Part shown: positions 40,599 through 59,754 of the stretch, piece after piece
How the letters are laid out: each line of letters opens with the position of its first letter
How positions within the stretch are numbered: the stretch's first letter is position 1
Assembly (NCBI GenBank): GCA_951406725.2
Contig: OX597822.1
Span: 119,164,001-119,228,000 of the forward strand
Source: Octopus vulgaris
Lineage: Eukaryota
Reading direction: 5' to 3'
DNA length: 64,000 nt
Notes under the pieces: generated by a model
Databases searched by the model: none
What the model was told of the DNA's origin: nothing
The model's input: the letters and a program-made list of their open reading frames with translations, nothing else
Translations under genes and position numbers: made by a program

Positions 40599-40709
40599 TT
40601 TTATTTAAAAGCAGCAGAAATATAACAAAAGCTGTTACTCGGAGTTTCACGTTCCTGTGTCCGACGAACGGGAACGAGAAACTCCGAGTAACAGCTTTTG
40701 TTATATTTC
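40598..40709. mobile_element. Fold-back element G after (TA)n, cut by a gap
   Basis: 39-bp inverted arms 40617-40655 and 40671-40709 (1 mismatch). Confidence 0.78.
40658..40693 (+). ncRNA. Minimal hammerhead ribozyme, U4C variant, GUA triplet
   Basis: UGU-CCGACGA-ACG(GGAA)CGA-GAA-ACUC(C)GAGU-A-ACA. The inverted arm reads CGU at the same position, restoring stem II. Confidence 0.68.
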
Positions 40710-40809
40710 NNNNNNNNNNNNNNNNNNNNNNNNNNNNNNNNNNNNNNNNNNNNNNNNNNNNNNNNNNNNNNNNNNNNNNNNNNNNNNNNNNNNNNNNNNN
40801 NNNNNNNNN

Positions 40810-43800
40810 AGGATCCAGCCAGTGAGTCGTCTGCACATTGTCGCCACCTTCGCGATGTGTGAAGAAAAAGATGCATCGTCACTCATGTCTATCCCCAGGT
40901 CCCGTATTGATTTCGATACTGGGATTTCGATCCCTCCTGGACCAGTATAGTTGTGTTGTAATGTATATGTGTTTACAGCTTGATATTGTAAGGCTTGAAA
41001 TTTACCAGCATTAAATTGCATGTTGTTGTCTTCAGCCCATTTGTATATGGCATCCAGATCTTGTTGTAAAAGGTCAGCATCAGCTGGGTTTTTGATTGCC
41101 TGTGCTACCTTTGTGTCATCAGCATAGCTAGTGAGGGATGTTGTTTGTGCTACCAAGGGCATGTCAGAGAGCGCCACCAAAAACAGCAAGGGTCCCAAGA
41201 CTGTGCCCTGTGGCACCCCGCTTGCTATTGGTGTCTTTCCCGAGAGGGCTCCATTGGCTGCAACCATCTGGCTTCTGTCCTTCAGGAAGTCATGTATCCA
41301 CTCACCTACTTTTCCTGTTATGCCGAGTCTGAGTAATTTGTGACATATCACTCCGTGGTCGACTTTGTCAAAGGCCTTCGCAAAGTCGAGATATACCACA
41401 TCCACCTGTGAGCGATCCAGTAGTTGTTTCAGTACCCAGTCGTAGTGTTGTAACAGCTGCGTAAGGCAGCTTCTTCCTGGGCGAAAGCCATGCTGTGTGT
41501 CAGTGAGACGGTTAGTTTCTTCGAGGAACGTGATCAGTTTTTTTCTGATGATTCGTTCCATGACCTTACTTATGTGTGACGTCAGGGAGACTGGCCTGTA
41601 GTTTTTGGCCTCTGCTCTACTCCCTCCTTTGTGGATAGGGCATATGGTGCCTTCTTTTAGCGCCCTGGGCAGTTTACCGTTAGCCAAGGAACCACTGAAG
41701 AGCATCTTCAGTGGTCCCGCTAGGGCATGCCTGCATGTTTTTAGGAGGACTGCTGGGAATCCATCTGGTCCAGCAGCTGAGTTTATTCTCATTTCTTCTA
41801 TGGCAGATATTACATCCCTCTCTGTTATGTCTATGTGGTCGATGGTTGTTGTTTGGTTTTGGAGTGTTGTGGCATCAAAGAAAACTTCTGGGTTTGTGAT
41901 TTGCATGTGCCCCAGAGGGGATGTGAACACACTTTTATACTGTTCCTTTAGTATTTCACTTATCCCTTGGGGGTCCTCAGTTAGAGAGCCCTTTTTATCA
42001 AAGAGTGGGCCAATCTTGCAGTGTACCGAGGTGGTTTCTTTCGCAAATTTAAAGAAAGCTTTAGGGTTTGTTTTAATATTCTCTATGGCCCTGGCTTCTC
42101 TCTCTGCCCTCTCCTTCTCATAGGAAAGTTTGAGTGCAGTTTCCGTTTCAAAAAGTTTCAGGTGGAGTCCCTCATTGTTTCTCTGCCGTGCATTCAGTTG
42201 CTTCGAGAGCTTAGCTCTTCGCCTCATAAGTATTTTCCTGTCTCTGGGAATAACGTTCCTATGCCCGCTGGCTTTTTTCTCCGGGACAAACTTATGGCAT
42301 ATGTTCTGTATTGTTGTCATGAAATGTTGGAAATGTGTGTTGGTCTCTTGTGTGGTGATGAAGTCACTCCAGTCATGTTTTCGGATCTCTTCGTTGATCT
42401 TCTTCCAGTTTGCCTTATGGAAGTTTAGACTGGATAGGCCTGTGGTATTTTCTAATGGCTGCGTCTCAACTAACTCTCTCATACCATATATCATTACCTC
42501 TACTAAGTTGTGATCTGAGAGAATTGTAGGTGTTACCATTATGTTGTGGATGAGCATCGGGTTGCTTGTGAAACAGAGGTCCAAGACATTCTCACCTCTT
42601 GTTGGCCGAAGCACTGCTTGTTCCATGAAAAACTTGCGTGTGAGAGCCAACAAGGACTCTGTCTGTCTCTGTTCAAGTGATGTCATTCCAGGGAGGAGAT
42701 GGCCATCTGGCCATTTGACTTTCGGAAGGTTAAAATCTCCCAGCAGTAGAATGGTGTTACCCTGGTCCAGTTTGTCCAGGACTTCTTCTATTCTTCTGAG
42801 GCTATCTTCAAACACTCCTTCATGACTAGGGGTGTCTGGTGGCCGATATGTGACACATATTACTATTTTCGGTTGTTTCATGTGTACTATCAGTGTGTCA
42901 CAGACTGAGTTTGAGTGTGTCAACAGTACTATGGGTGTGACATCTTCACGGACGTACAGGGCAACCCCACCATGAGTTCTTTCCTTCCTGTCTGACCGAA
43001 AAACAGTATACTTTGGTACGTGTATTTCTGCATCTGCTATACTGCTTGACAGGTGCGTTTCAGTCAGCGCTATGCATATTGCATGGTTGCTTGTGCTTAA
43101 GTCCCTAAGGTAAGGAATTTTACTCATATTAGTGGGTTTCACCAGACCTCTGACATTCAGCAGAAGCACTGGTGAGATATTTGGGGTGTCAATAAAGGCT
43201 GTCGGTGTGGCACCTGGGCTGGTGTCAGCGGTGGCCACCCTGGGTCCCTTGATTGTGGTGGTCTTGAGTGCTGTTGTGAGTGCCCCTGGCTCTGAAGACG
43301 ATGTATCCAGGCCAGTTGTCCCACAATTTTCTCTGCTATTTCCACAAAATTTCTTTGTTCTGCTGCCGCCGTCTGCATTTCCTCTGCAAATGTGCGCCTT
43401 CTCCTTGTTGGGGCATTCCGCACTATGTCTGCATATTTCTGGGGCAGCTTGAATTTGTTCTGGTTTTGGTTTCGGTCTTGGTTTTGGTTAAGGCATTTTG
43501 GTCGAGTGGGTTTGATGCAATTTCCATAGGGCCTGGGATGAGCGAACCTGCATCCTTCCCCTGTTTCTCCATGCCAGCAGGTTCCATTCCGGAAGAATTT
43601 GCATGTTATCTGGGTTTTCTTGTCCCCAGTTCCTCTCTGTTTTTTCTTCCTCCGTTGGACGGTTGTCCACTGGTTCCTTTCTGCATAGGTCTTTTCATCC
43701 GGCTGGTTATTTTCTGTTTCCCCATCGCCGCCTATCTGTTGTTTGCCCTGCTTGCCTTCTTCGACTGTGGCTGTGGGTGTGTCATTTTTTGACACTCTGT

Positions 43801-44112
43801 GGTTGGTGTTTCCTGTTTTTTCTTTCCATATCCGTGGTACAATGAGAGTGTAGGCCCTTTCGACTTCTCTTTTCTTCCTCTCTACTTGCGCCAACGTCCT
43901 CATAAAGCCATGGCTTTTCAGGGTCGCCGCTATGTTTTTTAGTTGGTTGCGATCTGTCGGCCGAGGTCCATCCTCTGATGAAAACTTCCAGCTCTACTTT
44001 CGTCCAGTTACGCTGGCTTTTGTTGACGCTAGCAGTGTTTGCATTCACCTCTAATTTTTGCATGTTGTCCATTCCGTTGTAGCGGGAGAGAGAGGAGAAG
44101 CTGTGAGGGAAA
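40810..44112 (-). mobile_element. Second young CR1-group LINE copy; ORF2 open, ORF1 disrupted
   Basis: ORF2 (43238 down to the gap) differs from 35837-38360 by one visible residue (NNKGL/NNEGL). ORF1 is split (43782-44072, 43157-43903) by a frameshift and a ~50-bp deletion. Confidence 0.95.
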
Positions 44113-44318
44113 TATACATATAAATATACATATATATATATATCATCATTATCATCATCATCATCATCATCGTTTAACGTCCGTTTTCCGCGCTAGCACG
44201 GGTTGGACGGTTTCGACCNNNNNNNNNNNNNNNNNNNNNNNNNNNNNNNNNNNNNNNNNNNNNNNNNNNNNNNNNNNNNNNNNNNNNNNNNNNNNNNNNN
44301 NNNNNNNNNNNNNNNNNN

Positions 44319-47300
44319 GGCACGTGAGAGCGGAGTGTCAACCAAAACCGCAGGTAGAAGAACCGTCGGAGAAAGAAGAAACGGAGGAAAAAAAAAGGAA
44401 ACCAAAGAGGTGGAAAAAGCTGCAGAAAAGGAAAAAGAAAACGAAAAAGAGGAGGGGTGGTCTAAAGTTACCAAAAAAAAAAAAACGGAAAACTGAAACC
44501 ACCCCTCAAGAAGAAGAAAACCTAAAGAAAAGGAAAGAGGTTACTTCTTCATTTATGGCCATTAAGGCTACTAACAACAGACTTGTCAATGTGTTGGCAG
44601 CCATGGCCAAGGTGGAACGTATAAGGAAGATGAAAGACTTCATCATATATAAAATAGGCCGGAAGGACTACAGGAGGATAAAATCCGAGTTCTTCCACGA
44701 CGTGGGCCCTCTGAGACTGGACATGTCTCCATATCTATACGAGGGCCTACGTCGGACTCCCCCACGAGCCAAAGAAAAAAAAATGAAGAAGAAGGCGAAA
44801 CCGCCGAAAAAGCCAAACTACCGATATAAGGTAAGTGATGAACTACATTTGTGTTGGTTGTTTAAATGTGCGCGGCCTGGGATCAAGCGGGAAGCAAGGT
44901 CGCTTCCTTAATGATATCAGGTCGCGCAATTTGGATGTTATTGTTGCTACAGAAACCCGGTTAAAGGGGCCAAGAGATCTACTCCCACTGTTTGACGGCT
45001 ACGAGAGTTTTTTCTCTCCTGGCAGTCCTGCAGGCGGGAGTGGGGTGTTGGTCCTACTAAAAAGAAACCGGGTTTTTGAGAAAAAGTTAATTTTTTCAGA
45101 CCCAGAAGGTAGGCTGGTCGTCATGGATTTGACGTTCAGTAACGGTAAAGTTATCAGACTGGTTGCAATTTACGCACCCTGCAGTAATAATGGGCAAAGT
45201 GATTATTATCGTGATCTAGAGAACTTTCTCGGTACTTCGCATTCAATAGTTGTGCTAGGAGACTTTAACACAATTTGCAAAGCGGATGTAGATTGTGTTG
45301 GCTCGAATGATAGAAAAGGTAACACATGCTTCCTGGAACTGCTAAGCCGCTTTGAGCTAGCAGATCCTTATAGGTTGGAATTTCCGAACGCTCCATTGTG
45401 GACATGGTCAAACAGCGACGGATCTTCCAGGTCATACATAGATAGAATTCTAATTAGAAAGGTAGACAGTAAAATAGCTAAGCGTCCACAGTTTTACCCG
45501 ATCAGCTACAGTGATCATAAAATGGTCACTTGTAAGCTTGACATAGATAAGGTTAGAAAGAGAGGATCCGGTTACTGGAAACTTAATACGTCCCTTTTGG
45601 CGATTAAGGAGTACAGAGACCGGATTAGGACCATAATTCAGAGGGCGCTGTCTGGTGCCATCATTAATAACAAATGGTGGTACGCCCTCAAACGAGCCAT
45701 CAAGTTTGAGTCTATTAGATATAGCATAGGAGTAGTGTCTAGAGAGGCTAGAAGGGAAACTACTCTAGTTAAGGAATTAGAGGAAGCCATGAAAACTGGC
45801 TCTGCGGCTCAGGTGGCGTCCAAGAGACTGGTGTTAAACCAGCACCTCGAGGCCAAACACATGGGCTGCATTGTCAGGGCTAGAATCCGTCATATGGGAT
45901 GTGAAGGAATCAACGCCGTGAGATGGGCCCGAGTGGTGGAAGCCCGGAATGGCAACGATGCCACGATTCGATCTTTGAAGAACCAACAAGGTGAGTTGAT
46001 AGACGAACCCGAGGAGATGTGTGAGGCCTTTCAGGAGCACTTCGCTCAGCTTTTCGGTGAGTGCGGCGGGCTGGATAGGAGGAGGGCCTTTACGGACCTA
46101 CTCGACGGGCTGCCGCGCTTATCGGGGCGAGATGCGGAGGGCTGTGAAGGGCCAATCACGCCTGAGGAGGTGGTGGAGGCAATGGCGGACTGCGGCGCGG
46201 GCAAGGCGCCGGGTTTGGATGGTCTACCCTACGAGTTATATAAGAATATGCCAGACTTGTTCGGGCACCTACTGGCGGAAGTCTATGCGAACTGGCAGCA
46301 GAACGGGTTGATACCCAGATCTGTGCGCCGGGGAGTGGTGACTCTCGTCAGAAAGGACCCGAGCAAGGGGGAGTGCATTGATAATTTCAGGCCCATCACT
46401 CTGCTAAACACAGAGTTGAAGATTTTGGCCAAAGTGTTATCGAAAAGATTGGCGCGTGTCGCGGATGGTCTGATCGGGGAGGCACAGACATGTGCCGTTC
46501 CGGGCAGAACCATTCAGGATAATCTCCATCTAATGCGGTACACTATAGAGGGGTTTAATAGTGATTCTGGCAAGGGTGGGGCACTGGTCCATTTAGACCA
46601 ATCCAAAGCTTTTGATAGGGTCGACCATCGTTACCTGGTATCTGCTCTGGCACAGTTCGGGCTGGGCCTTGGCTTCCTCAGGTGGATTATCCAAATTTAC
46701 GACAACATCGACTCGGTAGTTCGGGTGAACGGCTTCTTGTCGAAGCCGTTCAAAATCAAACGCTCGGTTCGTCAAGGGTGTCCGCTCTCCCCGCTTTTGT
46801 ACGTGATGGCTCTTGAGCCATTACTGCGAAAACTGAGCGGCATCCCGAGACAGCCAGGTAATGGAAAATCAGTGTCAGCGTACGCGGACGACATCACCAT
46901 CATCGTGACCGAAATGGACCACCTATGTAAAGTAGGCAAGGCCATAGAGGATTACGAGACGGTGACAGGAGCAAAAGTTAATCGCGAAAAGTCAGTCGGC
47001 TTGCAACTCGGCACCTGGAGAGGCAAGTCGATGCCTCCTGACAGCGTCGTGGGACGTTGGACGGAGGGTCCGATTAAACTGCTAGGGGTCTGGTTCGGTC
47101 CAGACCTCCAAATAGAGAAGAATTGGGGCGAGGTAACGAGCAAGGTGGCTGCAGTAGCCAAGACCTGGTCTTGGCGGTGGCTATCCTTGAAAGGGAGGGC
47201 GGAGGTGGCCAATGTGTTTATCGCATCGGTTATCATCTACCGCCTTTCCGTCGTTCCATGCCCTGATTCGTGGTTGACCAAGTTGGAAAGACAGCTCTTC

Positions 47301-48077
47301 TACTTCCTGTGGAAGGGCAGGAAACCACTTGTGAAACGCTCTACTTGCTGTCAACAACCGTTAAAGGGTGGGCTAGGGATGCCTTGGCTGATGATGCGCA
47401 GACATGCGCTGAGGTTAAGACATCTGTGGCTCTACCTGGATGGTGAACGGGTGTGGTCTCCGTTAGCAAAACTGATGTTTCCCAAGTTCACTAGTTTCGG
47501 TGGATGGGAAACCTGGTTGAATCGTAGATCGAAACTCGGTACATGGTATACGGAGTGTCGAAAGGCCCTCCTGCTATTCCGTCGCTCGGGCAACGCCTGC
47601 GGTGGGGGTTCCACCACATTCTTCTATAGAGGGTTGGTAGAGGCGGAATGTGAAGACACCTTGGGGGAAACCCTGGGTCTCGACGATAATCAGCTGGCTA
47701 GTCTGTTCCGACGTACGTTCGAGCCGAAGACTCTGGACAACTTCCAGAAGTCTCTGGCATGGCAATGCTACAGAGGAGCTCTACCTGTTCGGGATAAACT
47801 CGCAAGGCACGGTGGCCAAGACAGTCCGATGTGTCCAAGATGCGGGCGGGATAGGGAAACCGTCCCGCACGCTATTGTTCATTGTTCGGACGTGTCTGAG
47901 GTGTGGGTTTATGCCGAACAGCTGTTGTCAAGCACACGAAGAGTACAGCTGTCGACTGAGTGTATTAAAAAAATTGACCCACCAGATTTCCTCGCGAAAG
48001 AAGGTAAGACTTGTTTTCTCGTTGTGGTAGCAATTGCGAAGGAGGTGATATGGAAGACGAGAATGAAAGGTATACGG
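44319..48077 (+). mobile_element. Tx1/L1-clade LINE: Lys-rich end of ORF1 and ORF2, bounded by gaps
   Basis: See the ORF2 motifs below. The upstream K/E-rich frame ends at 44911 and overlaps the ORF2 start. Confidence 0.93.
44838..48077 (+). CDS. Tx1/L1 ORF2 (APE + RT + C-terminal zinc knuckle), ~1080 codons with no stop before the gap
   Basis: CLNVRGL, GDFN, SYIDRI, SDH, GYWKLN, FRPITLLN, LDQSKAFDRVDH, SVRQGCPLSP, AYADDI, GGLGMP and CPRCGRDRETVPHAIVHC. Confidence 0.95.
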
Positions 48078-48177
48078 NNNNNNNNNNNNNNNNNNNNNNN
48101 NNNNNNNNNNNNNNNNNNNNNNNNNNNNNNNNNNNNNNNNNNNNNNNNNNNNNNNNNNNNNNNNNNNNNNNNNNNNN

Positions 48178-53071
<4,894 letters not shown>

Positions 53072-53171
53072 NNNNNNNNNNNNNNNNNNNNNNNNNNNNN
53101 NNNNNNNNNNNNNNNNNNNNNNNNNNNNNNNNNNNNNNNNNNNNNNNNNNNNNNNNNNNNNNNNNNNNNNN

Positions 53172-56100
53172 CTCTCTCTCAATGTATATATACACTATGC
53201 ATCATGTATAATGTACACTGATCTCTCTCTCAATGTATATATACACTATGCATCATGTATAATGTACACTGATCTCTCTCTCAATGTATATATACACTAT
53301 GCATCATGTATAATGTACACTGATCTCTCTCTCAATGTATATATACACTATGCATCATGTATAATGTACACTGATCTCTCTCTCAATGTATATATACACT
53401 ATGTATATATACACTATGCATCATGTATAATGTACACTGATCTCTCTCTCAATGTATATATACACTATGCATCATGTATAATGTACACTGATCTCTCTCT
53501 CAATGTATATATACACTATGCATCATGTATAATGTACACTGATCTCTCTCTCAATGTATATATACACTATGCATCATGTATAATGTACACTGATCTCTCT
53601 CTCAATGTATATATACACTATGCATCATGTATAATGTACACTGATCTCTCTCTCAATGTATATATACACTATGCATCATGTATAATGTACACTGATCTCT
53701 CTCTCAATGTATATATACACTATGCATCATGTATAATGTACACTGATCTCTCTCTCAATGTATATATACACTATGCATCATGTATAATGTACACTGATCT
53801 CTCTCTCAATGTATATATACACTATGCATCATGTATAATGTACACTGATCTCTCTCTCTCAATGTATATACACACTATGCATCATGTATAATGTACACTG
53901 ATCTCTCTCCAAAGGTATATATACACTGATCTCTCTCTCTCAATGTATATATACACTATGCATCATGTATAATGTACACTGATCTCTCGCTCAATGTATA
54001 TATACACTATGCATCATGTATAATGTACACTGATCTCTCTCTCAATGTATATATACACTATGCATCATGTATAATGTACACTGATCTCTCTCTCAATGTA
54101 TATATACACTATGCATCATGTATAATGTACACTGATCTCTCTCTCAATGTATATATACACTATGCATCATGTATAATGTACACTGATCTCTCTCCAAAGT
54201 ATATATACTGATCTCTCTCTCTCAATGTATATATACACTATGCATCATGTATAATGTACACTGATCTCTCTCTCAATGTATATATACACTATGCATAATG
54301 TATAATGTACACTGATCTCTCTCTCAATGTATATATACACTATGCATCATGTATAATGTACACTGATCTATCGCTCAATGTATATATACACTATGCATCA
54401 TGTATAATGTACACTGATCTCTCTCTCAATGTATATATACACTATGCATCATGTATAATGTACACTGATCTCTCTCTCAATGTATATATACACTATGCAT
54501 AATGTATAATGTACACTGATCTCTCTCTCTCAATGTATATATACACTATGCATCATGTATAATGTACACTGATCTCTCTCTCAATGTATACATACACTAT
54601 GCATCATGTATAATGTACACTGATCTCTCTCCAAATGTATATATACACTATGCATCATGTATAATGTACACTGATCTCTCTCTCAATGTATATATACACT
54701 ATGCATCATGTATAATGTACACTGATCTCTCTCTCAATGTATATATACACTATGCATCATGTATAATGTACACTGATCTCTCTCTCAATGTATATATACA
54801 CTATGCATCATGTATAATGTACACTGATCTCTCTCTCAATGTATATATACACTATGCATCATGTATAATGTACACTGATCTCTCTCTCAATGTATATATA
54901 CACTATGCATCATGTATAATGTACACTGATCTCTCTCTCAATGTATATATACACTATGCATCATGTATAATGTACACTGATCTCTCTCTCAATGTATATA
55001 TACACTATGCATCATGTATAATGACACTGATCTCTCCAATGTATATATACACTGATCTCTCTCTCAATGTATATATACACTATGCATCATGTATAATGTA
55101 CACTGATCTCTCTCTCAATGTATATATACACTATGCATCATGTATAATGTACACTGATCTCTCTCTCAATGTATATATACACTATGCATCATGTATAATG
55201 TACACTGATCTCTCTCTCAATGTATATATACACTATGCATCATGTATAATGTACACTGATCTCTCTCTCAATGTATATATACACTATGCATCATGTATAA
55301 TGTACACTGATCTCTCTCTCAATGTATATATACACTATGCATCATGTATAATGTACACTGATCTCTCTCTCAATGTATATATACACTATGCATCATGTAT
55401 AATGTACACTGATCTCTCTCTCAATGTATATATACACTATGCATCATGTATAATGTACACTCTCTCTCAATGATATATACACTCTGTATAATGTACTCTC
55501 AAAGGTATATATACACTGATGACACTGATCTCTCTCTCAATGTATATATACACTATGCATCATGTATAATGTACACTGATCTATCGCTCAATGTATATAT
55601 ACACTATGCATAATTTATAACGTACACTGATCTCTCTCTCAATGTATATATACACTATGCATCATGTATAATGTACACTGATCTCTCTCTCAATGTATAT
55701 ATACACTATGCATCATTATAATGTACACTGATCTCTCTCTCAATGTATATATACACTATGCATCATGTATAATGTACACTGATCTGTATATATACACTAT
55801 GCATCATGTATAATGTACACTGATCTCTCCCAATGTATATATACACTATGCATCATGTATAATGTACACTGATCTCCCTCCAAAGTTATATATACACTGA
55901 TCTCTCTCTCTCAATGTATATATACACTATGCATCATGTATAATGTACACTGATCTCTCTCTCAATGTATATATACACTATGCATAATTTATAACGTACA
56001 CTGATCTCTCTCTCAATGTATATATACACTATGCATCATGTATAATGTACACTGATCTATCGCTCAATGTATATATACACTATGCATAATTTATAACGTA

Positions 56101-58181
56101 CACTGATCTCTCTCTCAATGTATATATACACTATGCATCATGTATAATGTACACTGATCTCTCTCTCAATGTATATATACACTATGCATAATTTATAATG
56201 TACACTGATCTCTCTCTCAATGTATATATACACTATGCATCATGTATAATGTACACTGATCTCTCTCTCAATGTATATATACACTATGCATCATGTATAA
56301 TGTACACTGATCTCTCTCTCCAAATGTATATATACACTGATCTCTCTCTCAATGTATATATACATTATGCATCATGTATAATGTACACTGATCTCTCTCT
56401 CAATGTATATATACACTATGCATCATGTATAATGTACACTGATCTCTCTCCAAAGGTATATATACACTGATCTCTCTCTCTATGTATATACACACTATGC
56501 ATCATGTATAATGTACACTGATCTCTCTCCAAAGGTATATATACACTGATCTCTCTCCAAAGGTATATATACACTGATCTCTCTCTCAATGTATATATAC
56601 ACTATGCATCATGTATAATGTACACTGATCTCTCTCCAAAGGTATATATACACTGATCTCTCTCTCAATGTATATACACACTATGCATCATGTATAATGT
56701 ACACTGATCTCTCTCCAAAGGTATATATACACTGATCTCTCTCTCAATGTATATACACACTATGCATCATGTATAATGTACACTGATCTCTCTCTCAATG
56801 TATATATACACTATGCATAATTTATAACGTACACTGATCTCTCTCTCAATGTATATATACACTATGCATCATGTATAATGTACACTGATCTCTCTCTCAA
56901 TGTATATATACACTCTGCATAATTTATAATGTACACTGATCTCTCTCTCAATGTATATATACACTATGCATCATGTATAATGTACACTGATCTCTCTCTC
57001 AATGTATATATACACTATGCATCATGTATAATGTACACTGATCTCACTCCAAAGTTATATATACACTGATCTCTCTCTCTCAATGTATATATACACTATG
57101 CATCATGTATAATGTACACTGATCTCTCTCTCAATGTATATATACACTATGCATAATTTATAACGTACACTGATCTCTCTCTCAATGTATATATACACTA
57201 TGCATCATGTATAATGTACACTGATCTATCGCTCAATGTATATATACACTATGCATAATTTATAACGTACACTGATCTCTCTCTCAATGTATATATACAC
57301 TATGCATCATGTATAATGTACACTGATCTCTCTCTCAATGTATATATACACTATGCATAATTTATAATGTACACTGATCTCTCTCTCAATGTATATATAC
57401 ACTATGCATCATGTATAATGTACACTGATCTCTCTCTCAATGTATATATACACTATGCATCATGTATAATGTACACTGATCTCCCTCCAAAGTTATATAT
57501 ACACTGATCTCTCTCTCAATGTATATATACACTATGCATCATGTATAATGTACACTGATCTCTCTCTCAATGTATATATACACTATGCATCATGTATAAT
57601 GTACACTGATCTCTCTCCAAATGTATATATACACTGATCTCTCTCTCAATGTATATATACACTATGCATCATGTATAATGTACACTGATCTCTCTCTCAA
57701 TGTATATATACACTATGCATCATGTATAATGTACACTGATCTCTCTCCAAAGGTATATATACACTGATCTCTCTCTCTATGTATATACACACTATGCATC
57801 ATGTATAATGTACACTGATCTCTCTCCAAAGGTATATATACACTGATCTCTCTCCAAAGGTATATATACACTGATCTCTCTCTCAATGTATATATACACT
57901 ATGCATCATGTATAATGTACACTGATCTCTCTCCAAAGGTATATATACACTGATCTCTCTCTCAATGTATATACACACTATGCATCATGTATAATGTACA
58001 CTGATCTCTCTCCAAAGGTATATATACACTGATCTCTCTCTCAATGTATATACACACTATGCATCATGTATAATGTACACTGATCTCTCTCTCAATGTAT
58101 ATATACACTATGCATCATGTATAATGTACACTGATCTCTCTCAAAATGTATATATACATTATGCATCATGTATAATGTACA
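53172..58181 (+). repeat. 51-bp tandem satellite, block 2 (~5 kb)
   Basis: Same unit and orientation as 13039-15178. Stand-alone 28-bp sub-units become frequent after ~55.8 kb. Confidence 0.97.
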
Positions 58182-58760
58182 CAGCATTAAAATATATTTC
58201 ACTGAAAGACAGAAATATTAATTCAATATTTTTCTGTAGTCTAGATTTCTCCATTCTATAAATTCAATGAAATATATAGATCTTTCAGTTCAATACTGTT
58301 TTGAAATATAGATTTCCCAGTTCTATAATTATGTTTCACTAAAACATATCTCCCTCAGTTCATATTCTACTGGGATTACCAATTAAAACCATTCCACTCT
58401 ACTTCAATTCACTTATATCTGTTTGTAGATGGTTAGGGTCCAAAGGTTTACAATACAGCATCATGCTATACCCCTTCATCTTGTTTTGTATTGCTCGAGG
58501 GGTTTTTGCTTGGGGGTTGTTTTTACAATATAGCCATCTTTTTTTCAGCTGATGTCAGTAATATAGATTTCTAATATAGACAAAAGACACAAATTAGTGG
58601 GATGCATACCATCATCATCATCATCACCACCATTTAATGTCTAAGTCCTATGCAGGCATAGGCTGGATGGTTTGACAGGATCCGGTGAACCCAGAGGCCT
58701 GTGTCGAGTTCAAGTCTCTGCTTTGGTATGGTTTCTCTGGCTGGATGCTCTCCCTAATGC

Positions 58761-58991
58761 CTATTTCTTTACCGCCCACAGGGGGCTACACACAGAGGGG
58801 ACAAACAAGGACAGACACACGGGTTAAGTCGATTACATCGACCCAGTGCATAACTGGTACTTATTTAATCGACCCTGAAAGGATGAAAGGCAAAGTTGAC
58901 CTCAGCGGAATTTGAACTCAGAATGTAGCGGCAGACGAAATACCGTTAAGCATCTCGCCCGGCGTGCTTACGTTTTTGCCAACTCGCTGCC
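58761..58991 (-). mobile_element. tRNA-derived SINE with a Meta-like central domain
   Basis: Minus strand: GGCAGCGAGTTGGCAAAA head, B-box GAGTTCAAATTCC, then GCCTTTCATCCTTTCAGGGTCGATTAAATAAGTACCAG. Confidence 0.8.
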
Positions 58992-59419
58992 TTCCTAATG
59001 CTAGCAACTTACAGAGTGTGCTGGGTTTTTTAGGGTTTTTTTTTTGTGTGTGTGCACTAGTGAAGTCACCAAATAACTTGCAAGACAAAGAAAAAAGCCC
59101 ATTTGACTGAGTGAGATTGTAATAGAGAGGGAGGTGGCTGTATGCCATCGTATGTAGGTAGGATGAAATATGATAGAAGGACAGGCATTATATAAGAGTG
59201 GATTAGTGTAACTGGAAAAAAAGATAAAAATGGTGCTGATTAGGGGGTCAGTGTGTATGTTCAAGAATGTCAGTGTTATCAACTCCATTATTTGGTTGCT
59301 GTGGTGTCGGTAGAATTAGAGCCACCCAAGATGGGTCGTTAGATTTGCTTCTCTTCTCCAATCAAAACCACAACATATTACAATATGTGTTTTTAAATGT
59401 CTTTTATTTATATTTTCGG

Positions 59420-59604
59420 AGATGTACTTGCATAGCAAGTGACCTGATCTGAGATCGTGTGCTGGAACGAAAACAATGCAGCATGGAAGGTGTTTGTAAG
59501 CCATTTAAGAAACACACAAAACCGTTAGATTCACTTCAACATTTAAATTTAATTTGCCAAAATATTTTCATTGCTTTGAGACCGCGACCTGTTCACTGAC
59601 AAAA
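59420..59604 (-). mobile_element. Single-arm copy of family A with a G3:C8 hammerhead at 59553-59603
   Basis: Reverse complement of 4513-4689 plus the GTGAACA core. Stem II has two substitutions. Confidence 0.8.
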
Positions 59605-59754
59605 TTCCATGCTGTTTCAGTCATAAGACCAGCGTTTCTCAACTGGGGTTCCCTGTAACCCTAGGGTTCTGCAAAAGGTTCCTAGGGGTTCCGCGAGAAA
59701 GAGTGATATAAGGTAATGCTAATTTCATGATATATATTTATATATATATATATT

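Noticed and set aside
59630-59695. hAT-like terminus CAGCGTTTCTCAAC
   Set aside because: Only one end is visible, with no matching TIR or 8-bp TSD.
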